The position numbers and the translations under genes were made by a program. Source: Octopus vulgaris (Eukaryota). Taken from it: a stretch of DNA of 64,000 nt. The DNA lies in assembly GCA_951406725.2 (NCBI GenBank), contig OX597843.1, positions 19,716,001 through 19,780,000 of the forward strand. Direction: 5' to 3'. Shown piece after piece: positions 38,691-51,526 of this stretch; position 1 is the stretch's first letter, and each line of letters opens with the position of its first letter. The notes under the pieces are model-generated. The model was not told the DNA's origin. It did not search any database and worked only from the letters and a program-made list of their open reading frames with translations.

Positions 38691-41199
38691 TAATATAATA
38701 TTATATTTATCCTTTTTTTATAATTTTTGTTATTTATTTATTGGTTTATGTCTATCAGTGTTTGCGTTGGAGAGGGTTTTATCTCTAATTTAATTTAAAC
38801 ATAATAAATGGGGAATAATAATGGCAATGCCAGCGGCCTCAGCACAAAACACGAATTAGTCATTACACTATATATTATTCATATAGAAATACAATAAAGG
38901 CTTCCAGAATAGGAAAGCGTTGTGCTAGAAAGAGCTGGTGAAATCTCAAAAACAACAAAACAGGATAAATTTGTGGCTGATTTCATGGCACGTGCTTTTT
39001 CTAGCACAACGCTTTCCCAAACCTCTTATTGTATTTCTAATTTAATTTATATATTCATATATATATATAAATATATATAGTGTAGTTGTATACTGTCAAC
39101 TCAACCGTGACACTCCCGTGTGACGTTACACTACGCTATTTAGCCCTAGGAAGCATCGACACTTCGGTGTCGAGCCTTGAGACATTTCCTGTATCCTTAT
39201 ATTTTTAGTTTGAAAACGATCTGTCAAGGCCGGCAGGAAGCGTCGATGTGCTTCCTAGGGCAAAACAGCGGCTAGTGTGACGTTCCCTACGGGACCTCAC
39301 GTTCTGAGGTATACACCATGGCACGTGCTATCGGTGTCAGCCTGAGAATTACACCACCGCATATATTTCTATGAGATATTTAGAAATTTAATATTTCTAA
39401 ATATATATATACATATATATACAAGCTATATGACGTTGCAAATATATATATATATATATATATATATGGCACGTGTGTGTGTGTGTGTGTGAGAATTAAA
39501 CGTTATAAATATATATTTTATGTATGTGTGTGTGTACATACGCACACGTATGTGTATATATTTATACATATATAAGGCGCCCTGGCATGATTACAGCTGA
39601 CACTAGTTAAAGACGTTATACATATACATGTGTTATGAGGCTACACACCTAATTCAATTAAATACCCACATATACAGCACATGTATGTATATGTATTAAT
39701 AACATCCATATGTTAGAACATTCACACAAACAAGAAACAAGATACAAAGGCAGAATGAAAGGCGGTCCCAGCTATTCCAATGAGAGCTGGATTGGTTGTG
39801 ACGTTGCAAACCTACTTGAGGCTGAAATGTCTAGTTTCATAAACGAGGTCAGCCGGATTATTGTTATCATTAGACTTTTTAAGGCAGACTCGTTAGTACT
39901 AGGCAGACGAAACGCTCACCAGTATATCGCCCGTCAGGGATCGTTCTGACGTTCAAATCCTACCGTGGTCGTCTTCGCTTTTCATCCGTTCGGGGGTCGA
40001 TAAGTACCAGTGAAACACTGGGGGCCATGTAATCTACCAGTGCCCTGCCCACAAAGTTCCAGGCCTTGTGCCTATAGCAGAAAGGATTAAATTCTTTTAG
40101 GTGCAGAATCGTCCGCCTGCTGGGCACAATGCTTGCGACGTTTTCAAACCGTATTTGTGCTCTGAGTTCAAATCCTATCCAGGTCGACTTTGCCTATTGA
40201 ACTCATCCTTTTGAGTTGAACGCTGGGATCATGTAATCAACACCTCTTCCTCCTCCTCAATTGCTGGCCTTGTGCCAAAATTTGAAATCGATATTATTAT
40301 ATTCTTTGGAGTCGCGTGGCTAGTGGTTAGGGCGTTGTGACTGCAAACCTGATCGTAAGATTGTGGTTTCAATTCCAGGTCACGTGAGCTTCGGTGTCTT
40401 CGAGCTAAGCACTTCAGTTCCCATTGCTCCAGACTCCAGTCCACTCAGCCAGCAAATGTGGGTCATCCTGTGACAGGCCGGAGCCCCGTCCAGGGTGGGG
40501 ATATATGTATCATAAAAACCGGGAAACTGGGAAACCAACACCCACGAGTCTATATGATACGAGAAGGGTCTTTAACCATTATACCTATTATATTCTTTAT
40601 TGCATTATGTGTTTCAACCCCAAATCTGTATAGGCAGACGAAATGCTGGGGCTATGCCAGTGTCATCACCTGACGTTGCAAAGGCCATTCTCACGTGATT
40701 GGTTTCATCTGGCAGTCTGAAGGCCAAGGTGATTCTTACTTAAAATCTACAGCCCCTTCATGTATATCTCTTAAGGGGTTCTGAAAGCAAGATCTTAAAT
40801 AGGCCAGTTTTCGAAATCCCAAGCTGTTGCGGCGGCTGATCGCTTGTGACTCTAAACCTGGATTCAATGAGGACCTTGGGAACAGCGCAGTGGTTTCACG
40901 TGCTATCGAGCTGGTACCAAGTGAGGTTGTGGAACCACTGGCAGGATATCCGAGGAATGTATGTTTCCAATGCGGTAGATGCAGTGGAGCAGGTCATATG
41001 CGCACAGCAGAAATTGAGTCCCTTAAATGTTTGGTGGCTCATTAGAAGGTGTTGATCGTTTTGCTGACGAAAGAATTGTAAACCTATAAACGAGCCCAGT
41101 ATATACCCATGATGACTACCCGTCTGATCGGGTACACCAGACACATGCATCACAACACATATGTGCGCGACATGGTTAAGTTCTCATATCAAGATAAAG

Positions 41200-41930
41200 A
41201 GGAGGGAGACGAGAAGGAGCTATGGAGAAGGGGATCGCTTGGAGGAGGAGGAGGACCTAGAAGAAGAAGGATGACAGGTGAGGAAGGGAGAAGCTATCGG
41301 AGGTCAGAATGAGGAAGGATGAGGAGGGGGGGATTAAGGAGGACAGGATTTTTAAGTTTGAGAACAAACTGAGGAGGAGGCAGGGACGAAAGCGGTAGGA
41401 CGGGATTGGAGAGAGGGGATGAGGAGGGGGGATGACGTTGCAGAACCTATTCTGAGGCTGACACCATGGACGTGAGGAAGAGGAAGAGGTCAGAATGGGA
41501 AGGGAGGGAGGGGAACAAAAAGACGAAGAAAACAAACTGAGGTAGGCAGGAGAAGGGGAGGAGAAGGATGAGGAGGAGAGGTCAGGAGGTGGAGAGGGAG
41601 TATGAGAGGTAGGAGGGGTTGAGGAGGAGGGGAATCGAGGGAGAAGTGAGGAGGAGGGAGAAGTACGAGGGGGATGAGGAGTAGGGGAGGGGGAAGAGGG
41701 GGAAAAGGTGAAGTAGGAGGGGATAAGAAGGGGGAGGAGGAGAAGTAGGAACGGATGAGGAGGAGGGTAGGAGAAGAGGGGAAAGAGGTGAAGTAGGAGG
41801 GGAATAGGAGGAGGAGGAGGAGGAGGAGGAGGAGGATGAGAAGAAGAAGAAGAAGAAGAAGAAGAAGAAGAAGAAGGAAGAAGAAGACGAAAGGCGTTGA
41901 GTGCAGAGGAGAGGAGAAGATTGGAAAGGA
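41200..41930. repeat. GGA/GAA purine-rich low-complexity tract
   Basis: Direct reading; contains interleaved fragments of the 148-bp unit. Confidence 0.9.
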
Positions 41931-42005
41931 ATGAAGCGAGCATGTTTCTTTGTTGCGGATGCGATGTGAGCATGCGCGAACGTCACTGAAATGTACAGTG
42001 CAAAC

Positions 42006-42043
<38 letters not shown>

Positions 42044-42299
42044 AGGAATAAGAGGAATTAGATGTTGTGTTCAAGAGAGGAGGCTGCGCTCGAGCATCCT
42101 TTTATCAATGAATCCATCATCAGCATCAATGGCTGCTTCAATAAACATGGCTGCAAGCGTTGATATCCCCGAATCAGATGGTCTTTATCAATTGTGGTCC
42201 TAGTCCCTGTTATGGCGGCGTTGATTCCCTCTCTCTCTCTCCCTGTTTTTCTCCTTCACGCACATACACACACATGCACAAACATACACACACACACAC

Positions 42300-42305
42300 A
42301 CACAC

Positions 42306-42368
<63 letters not shown>

Positions 42369-42946
42369 CGACGGGCCACTTTCACTTTCCGTCTACCAAA
42401 TCCACTCACAAGACTTTGGTCTTCGACAATAGCCGGAGGCTATACAAGAAGATGTTTGACCAAGGTGCCACGCAGTTGGACTGAACCCGGTACCATATGG
42501 TTGGTAAGCAAGCTACTTACCACACACTCCTGCGCCTATGTATATGCATGTGTGATATATATATATATATTCGTTTTGAGATTTGGATTTGCAAGATTCT
42601 TTATGTGAGTTCGTGTGTTGAAGCATATTTTGTTGTGTCTGAGGAGAGTCATTTTCTTTTAGTGCTTTATAATTTAACACACTCACATACACCCATATAC
42701 ATACGCTTGTGTACGTTTGTGTCCGTGTTTGTCGCCCCACAACCACTTGGCAGCCGCTGTTGGGTCGGTTACATCCCCGTATATTAGCATTTCATCAATA
42801 GAGAAATCTATAGAAAAAGTTACCAGGCTTAAAAAATAACACTTGGGGATGATTTGTTCGACTAAATCCATTGAAGGCGGTACTCCAGTATGGCCGCATT
42901 CAAATGACTGAAACAGTAGTAAAAGAATAAAAAGAATATACATATA

Positions 42947-42981
<35 letters not shown>

Positions 42982-43276
42982 CCCAAGTAATTTGATCTGA
43001 GATCCTGTCGACCTTGAAACGAAAACAATTGCAGCGTGGAAGGTGTTATATATTTACATTTAAGAAACACACAAAAGCCGTTCGATTCACTCCAACATTT
43101 AAGTTTAATTTGTCAAAATATTTTCGTCGCTATACAATCCGCGACCTCGTTCACTGACAAAGTTCGTGCTGCATATTTCAGAAAGTAAAAGTTAGTTCGT
43201 CATATATATGTACATATGTATGTGTGTATGTATGCATACATGTGTATATATATATATATATGTACGTATATACGCC

Positions 43277-43317
<41 letters not shown>

Positions 43318-44123
43318 GTATAAATATGTATGTATATATGTATGTGTGTGTATATGCATACGCACACGTACACTCTATAATTTAACATAAAGCTATAAAC
43401 CTGTAGCGATGGATGGATGTGGAGTGACCACTCATCACAAAGCTGTTATACAAATTTCAACTTCCTACGGCCGAAGTTAGAAGTGATTTACGACGCTACC
43501 CAAACTATACACCTAATATGTATTAATCAGATCTATTTAGAACATCTCACATATCACAGAACTAATGTTTTACAAATTGTGCGTATGTATGTATCTCCCA
43601 TGTGCGCAACATGTCCAATGTATGTATGTATGTATGTATGTATGTATGTATGTATGTATGTCTATGTATGTATGTATGTGTATGTATGTGTGTATGTACA
43701 TACGTACGCATGTGCGTATGTATGTATACGCGCTCGTATGCATGTGCCCATGTATGTGTGTGCGTACATGTATATCGTGCCCGTATGTACGTGTGTATAC
43801 CCATACGTAGGTATGTATGTATGTTTGTATTCATGTGCTACGTATCTATGTGAGTGTCTAGGAGAATGGGCAGACGTGTACCAGTGTGTACATATGTATG
43901 TGTATGTGAACGTATGTCCGTGTACTGGCATGTGTCCGTCCAAGTTGTGTACATAGATGCAGTTCCAGGCGGTTGGGGGTGTTTGTCTCCCCTTCGTATA
44001 TGTATATAAGGACACAGGATTAAAAAATGTGTCGAAGCTGTCAGGAATCGTTCGATGCCTGCTGGGCACAATGCCAACGGTGGTTTTCTACTGTACGTTC
44101 TTGTTAGATTGACAGTATACAAC

Positions 44124-44173
<50 letters not shown>

Positions 44174-44427
44174 CTCATTACTTATTATATTTAATTTACT
44201 TTTTCATACTTTTTGGCCTTAGTTATTTAAAAATTTTTAAGTTTCATAATTTAAAAATTTAAAAATATAAATTTAAAAGTTTTAAATTTTAATTTAAATT
44301 TAAAATTTTATATTTTATATATATATTATATATTATATTACTTATATTTATTTTTTATTTTTAATGTTTTGGTTTATGTCTATATATATACATATATACA
44401 TATCCCATGTATACATACATATATGCA

Positions 44428-44476
<49 letters not shown>

Positions 44477-46119
44477 GGGTATATTTATATACATGCACAC
44501 ACACAAATATACACACACGCACTCATGCAAGTATAGACGAGCAAGGCCCTATGTTTCACGTTGCTTTATTCCATTATGCCGTAAAATGTCCACCCTGCCA
44601 CGGAATAGCCTTCCAATGAGGGTGATGATGGTGGCTCCCTCTCAAAGGCCATTCCGGAGGAGTTGCCAGCATTGGAAAGTCAAAACGACGCCAAGTACAT
44701 TGTGGCCGAACGATGAATACAAACTTTCGATTTTCCGGTCAGTCACGTGATCACGATCACAGGATGTATATATATATATGGCCTTGGATATATGTAAATC
44801 GATATATGCGTGTTGCATGCGGCTGCATCGCAGTTCGATATTGTCTGGGAACACCGCAGTGGTTAATTCCTACATCTTGGGAGCCTTCCATAGTCAGGTT
44901 GTGGAAATTTTCCTCGTCAAGGGAGATAATGTCTTCCAATGCGGTATAACAATGGAGTAGTCATATGCCCACACTAAAACTGAGTCTTAAATTCTGTTGT
45001 GTCTGGTCATTAGAGTCATTTTCGGTTTGTGTCTTATAATTTAACAGATAAACACCGATAAAATGACTACCACTTTTTTCTTATTTTTCTAAAATTTTCG
45101 TTGCATCTTGCAACCTTTTCAATAGTCTTCACTCTATCAAGATTTAAACTGCGTTTTTTTGTTTGCTAGTGCGCATATGGAGAAGCGCAATGGCCCAGTG
45201 GTTAGGGAGCGGACTCGCGATCGGAGGATCGCGGTTTCGATTCCTAGAACCGAAGGCGTTGTGTGTGTTTATTGACCGAAAACACCTGAAAGCCCCACGA
45301 AGCTCAGGAACGGACGGTGGAGGGTTGTACTCTTTCGCCAAACGGTGGTGCACCAGTATTTTTTATGTATGTGTGTGTGAGCATGTCTTTGTATATGTAT
45401 GCACCTCTGTCTTTGTGTATGCATGCGTGCCGATGTGTGTTATGCAGGACTCTGCACCATGTTTGTATGTATGGATGTGCATCTTTATATGTGTGGATCT
45501 GTGTCTCCATCTGTGTCTGTTCTTGTAACCTATGAGAATATTTTCTTATCCAGTATAATTGTCTCCGCTCGCTTCAATGCAAATGCATTTGTGTATGTAA
45601 GTGTGAAGGGAGTGTGAGAATGTATGCATACACATACATACATACATATATACATAGGTACGTACAACATACATACATACATACGTACGTACATGAGGAG
45701 GGGAGGTACAGGAGGTGGAGAGGGATACATACATACGAGGTACGTACGTACGTACGTACATACTTACATGCATACATACATCATACATATATACATACGT
45801 AGGGGATGAGGAGGAGGAGGGGAAGAACATACGTAAGTAGGTACATAAGAAGGGGGACATACACAGTAGGAACATACATAGGAGACATAGGGGGAATACA
45901 TACATACATACATACATACATACATACGTAGGAGGAGGATACATACATACGTACGTACATACATACATGCATACGTACGTACGTACTACGTACATACATA
46001 CATACATACATACATACATACATACATACATACAGACAGACAGACAGACATACATACATATATTCACGCACATACACACACATGCACATGCACAAACATA
46101 CACACACACACACACACAC

Positions 46120-46174
<55 letters not shown>

Positions 46175-46337
46175 CGACGGGCCACTTTCACTTTCCGTCT
46201 ACCAGGTCTTCTACAATAGCCGGAGGCTATACAAGAAGATACTTGCCCAAGGTACCACGCAGTTGGACTGAACCCGGAACCATATGGTTGGAAGCAAGCT
46301 ACTTACCACACACTCCTGCGCCTATGTATATGCATGT

Positions 46338-46378
<41 letters not shown>

Positions 46379-46751
46379 CGTTTTGAGATTTGGTTTTCAA
46401 GATTCTTTATGTGAGTTCGTGTGTTGAAGCATATTTTGTTATGTCTGGGGAGTGTCATTCCTTTCTGTGCCTCATTATTTAACACACTCACATACACCCA
46501 CATACATATGCTTGTGTGCGTTTGTGTCCCTGTTTGTCGCCCCACAACCACTTGGCAGCCGCTGTTGGGTCGGTTACATCCCCGTATATTAGCATTTCAT
46601 CAATAGAGAAATCTATAGAATAAGTTACTAGGCTTAAAAGATAATACTTGGGGATGATTTGTTCGACTAAATCCATTGAAGGCGGTACTCCAGTATGGCC
46701 GCAGTCAAATGACTGAAACAGGTAAAAGAATAAAATATACATATATATATA

Positions 46752-46848
<97 letters not shown>

Positions 46849-47089
46849 CTCATTACTTATATTTAATTTAACTTTTTCATACTTTTTGGTTAGTTATTTA
46901 AAAAAAAAATTTAAGTTTCATAATTAAAAAATTTAAAAATATAAATTAAAAAATTTTAAATTTTAATTTAAATTTAAAAATTTAATATTTTATATATATA
47001 TTATATATTATATTACTTATATTTATTTTTTATTTTTTATGGTTTGGGTTATGTCTATATATATATACACATATGTATACATACATTTA

Positions 47090-47134
<45 letters not shown>

Positions 47135-47150
47135 ATTTATACATACACAC

Positions 47151-47192
<42 letters not shown>

Positions 47193-48300
47193 GCACTCAT
47201 GCAAGTATAGACGAGCAAGGCCCTATACTTCACGTTGCTCCAGTCCACTCAGCCGTAAAATATTCACCCTGCCACGGAATAGCCTTCCAATGAGGGTGAG
47301 ATGGTGGCTCCCTCTCGCATCCGGCGGAGTGGCAGCATTGGAAAGTCAAAACGACACCAAGTACATTGTGGCCGAACGATGAATACAAACATTCGATTTT
47401 CCGGTCAGTCACGTGATCACGATCACAGGATGTAGATATATATATGCTTGGACATATGCAAATCGATATATGCGTGTCTGCATGTCTGCAGGAGTTCGAT
47501 ATTGTCTGCAGTGGATTAATTCCTACATCTTAAGCCTTCCATACGTCTTAAATTTTCCTCGGCAAGGGAGATAATTCTTAATATATAACAATGAGAGTAG
47601 TTTCCCTTGACACCAAAACTCGTCTTAGAATTCCGTTGTGTCTGGGGAGAGTCATTTTCTTCAAAATTTCACAGACTCACCGGTAAAATCTCGACTGCGT
47701 TCCCTTTTGTTTGTTAGTGCGCATGTGGAGGCGCAATGGCCCAGTGGTTATGGCAGCGGACTCGCGGTCGGAGGATCACGGTTTCGATTCCCGGACCGGG
47801 CGTTGTGTGTATTTATTGAGCGAAAACCCCTGAAAGCCCCACGAGGCTCCGGAAGAGGATGGCGGAGACCCCTGTTGTACTCTTTCGCCAAACGGCGGTG
47901 CATCATCATTAACTTGTCCGTCTCTGGGCTGAAGCTTGAAAATATGTGTGGGTGTGTGCCTATACATGTATGCATGTACGTGTGTTTGTATGTGTGTGTT
48001 TGTATGTGTATATATGTATGTGTCTGTGAGCATGTGTTTGTATATGTCTCTTTGTGTATGCATGCGCGCGCGTATGTGTGTGTGTGTGTGTGTGTTATGC
48101 AACTATGTACCATGTTTGTATGTATGGATGTGCATCTTTATATGTGTGGATCCGTGTCTCCATCTGTGTCTGTTCTTGTAACCTAGGTGCCTATCGTCTT
48201 AGAATATTTTCCTTTATCCACAATAATTGTTCCGCTCGCTTCAATGCAAATGCTTTTGTGTATGTACGTGTGAAAGTGTGGGCATGTGTGCATACACATA
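42300..48300. repeat. Imperfect tandem duplication (42.3-42.95 and 44.17-45.6 kb vs 46.1-48.3 kb)
   Basis: Colinear shared blocks, e.g. acgacgggccactttcactttccgtctacc (about 42368/46174), ttgctcattactta (about 44171/46846), gtcacgtgatcacgatcacaggatgta (about 44742/47408). Confidence 0.9.
43109..43161 (-). ncRNA. Hammerhead-shaped motif with non-canonical core
   Basis: TTTGTCA-GTGAACGAG-GTCGC...GCGAC-GAAA-ATAT-TT-TGACAAA. 7-bp stem I and 5-bp stem II are intact, but GUGAACGAG replaces CUGANGA. Confidence 0.4.
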
Positions 48301-48722
48301 CATACATACACACACATACGTACAGACATACACACACACATACGTACAGACATACACACACACATACGTACAGACATACATACATACATACATACATACA
48401 TGCGTACGTACTACCTAACTACATACACACATACATACATATGTACATACATACATAGATACATATATATATATACATACATTCAAACATACACACATAC
48501 ATCACATACACACATACATACATACATACATGCAGACATACACATACACACATACATCTACACACACATACATACATACAGACATACATGCGTACGTACT
48601 ACCTAACTACATACATACACACATACATACACACTTACATCACATACATCTACACATACACACATACATACATTCGCATTCACAGTGACAGTCATCTGCC
48701 GTTGATCGTCTACCGACTTCCT

Positions 48723-48818
<96 letters not shown>

Positions 48819-51016
48819 AACACGCACATATATTTATATTTATTATTTATATTTACTATTTTTGTTGTTGTCGTTGTAGCTGGTACTCCGTCGGTGACGA
48901 CGACTAGGTTTCCAGTTGATGCAATCCACAGAACAGCCTGTTGCTCGTGAAATTATCGTGCAAGTGGCTGAGTACTCCACAGACACGTGTACTCTTAACG
49001 TAGTTCTCAAGAATTTTCAGCGTGACACAGAATTTGACAACGCTGGCCCCGTTTGTATTACAGGTACAATTCCTTTTTGTCAGCTGAGTGGACTGGGGCA
49101 ATGTGAAATAAAGTGATTTCTCTTAGGGACACAACGCGTCACCATGTATCGAACTCTTGACCTTACGATGAGGTTGCTAATGAGAGAGAGAGAGGAGAGA
49201 GAGAGAGGAGAGGAGAAAGAGTGAGAGAGAGGGAGAGAGTTACTAAAACTATCCTTCATTTTACTTGAATATACTTGGCTGTTATTTCCAGCATAATGTG
49301 AGACCACATAGAGGATAATACTTTACCGATGCTTCTTGACGTGCTCTTCGATTTTAGATGATAAATAAAGCAGATTCAGGGCCACTTAGCCGTTCTTTCG
49401 AAGACCAAATGAGCAAAACGATCGCATGCATTTGGCGACTCGATTTGGCGTCCAGAGTCCTGCTCAGCAGAGCGACTACACACAGGAATGTTTTTGAGTG
49501 TCGTCTGGGAAGCCACACGATCCACTTTACGAGACACGGTTCCACAGGATGTAGGGGCTGTGCCGTACGAGGCAGCGATTTTAGTCTTATCCTTCGACAC
49601 AAGCGATCGACCACGCCTTCCACCGAGGCAACATCGTCTGCAGCAGTTAACCGTGACGATTGAGTGGAGGAACAAACTCAATACATTGGCCAAGGAGCAA
49701 AGTCAAATGGCGCAGAAGACGGCTGCAACCTTCGGGTGAAGCTCCTTCTAGGAATAGTTCTTCGAGAAGTACACGCATCCGTCTCCGTCTTTGCAGCCGA
49801 CCCGAAACTTGGACCTTCTTTCCGCCATGATCAGAGTAATCACCAGCGTCGGCTTGTGTGTGTGCATGTGTGTGTGTGTGTGTGTATGTGTGTGTACGTG
49901 CGTGCGTGTGCGTGTGTGTGTGTGTATGTATGTGTGTGTCTGCGTGTGTGTGTGTGTGTGCGTGCGTGTGTGTGTACGTACGCCACTACAAGTGTGCACA
50001 TATATGTATATATTTACTAGTAAACGTACGGGTGTGTCTGGTCGCCTGATGGCTGAATCTGCACCCCAGCGTGCTAGACATAAAACATACGCCAAACAGT
50101 CTCTCAAACGACATCTCCCTAGATCTTAAAGTAACCGTGATGACAGATCTTTACTGTCAAAAACCGTAGGACTGTAAGAGTTTACGGCCTACGTGGATCA
50201 GGGTGAACGTGGGTGTCTACGTCTTTGTGAGGATTGTGTGCGTGTATTTGTGCCTGTGTACACACCACCCCCTATTAGCAAGTATAATACCCCTCCCTCC
50301 CTTTAAACTTAATGCTGTCTAATCCTTCTCTTACGGGTCTCACCCTATCTCTGTTTCTTTCCCAAATACTTTCTCTTGTATATTTTCTTTCCTTTCCAAT
50401 AGTTTATACGTCTGCATTTACAATTCTTTACAATTATTGTTTATGAATAGGATAAGGACAATCGTAGCAAAGTCGGATTCCCTAATGAAGCGGGCAAATA
50501 ACATGATTGCTTGAACTAAATATTTTTGGTGAGAATTGATGTAACATAATATGATGCGCAGCATCCCACACCCGCAGGGGTCAGTCGCGGGATGGGTGGA
50601 AACAATCATCATACAAAATAAAAACTAATACCAAATCCTTCTTCTGTTTCATTAATCGATTATTATCTCATCTAACTCTGTGGAATTCCTGAAGTAGATC
50701 CAACGGAAATATACCCCAAGTGCGGATGACACCAGGTAGCCCCAAACTGTGCCAGTGCTTTACTCAACACATCAACGCACTAATTGACATATACTCATTA
50801 GTACAATAATTACATATGTATATATATATGTGCGTATGTATGTATTTATGAATCTATGCATGCATCACCTCGCTGCATTTCTTCCTTTGTCTCTCTCTCT
50901 ATCTCCATTTGTCCCCTTATCTCTCCCTTTCTCCTACTCTTTCCCTCCTCTCTCTCTTTTTCTCTTTCTCCTACCTCATTATATAACACCCCCTAATCCG
51001 GTTTCTTTCTCAAATC

Positions 51017-51058
<42 letters not shown>

Positions 51059-51130
51059 AGAAAGCATATACACCATTCTGCTTTTATCTCTCCCACGTTC
51101 TCTATTTTTGTCTCTCTGTGTCTGTCTCCG

Positions 51131-51175
<45 letters not shown>

Positions 51176-51526
51176 GCCATCCTATATATTATAGTTTTCT
51201 ATCCTAGGCACAAGGCCCAAAATTTTGGGGAAGGGGGCCAGTCGATTAGATCGACCCCAGTACGCCACTGGTACTTAATTTATCGATTCCGAAAGGATGA
51301 AAGGAAAAGTCAACTCGGCGGAATTTCTTTCTTAACTCTTTTTGTATTATCATATTCTCTCCCCTCCCCTCTCTGTCTCCCCCTCCTCTCTCTCTCTCTC
51401 TATCATTCGACTTTTTCTCTTTCTCCTTTTCTCTCTGCCCCTCATCATATGTCTACCTTTATCATTCCGCGTCTCTCTTGCTACTCCTCTCGTCGCTTTC
51501 TTTCTCCCTAACTTACTGAACAAGTT

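Noticed and set aside
39100-41470. Repeat-spacer-like periodicity
   Set aside because: The recurring words are scattered shreds of one 148-bp unit interleaved with known repeats, not discrete direct repeats with spacers.
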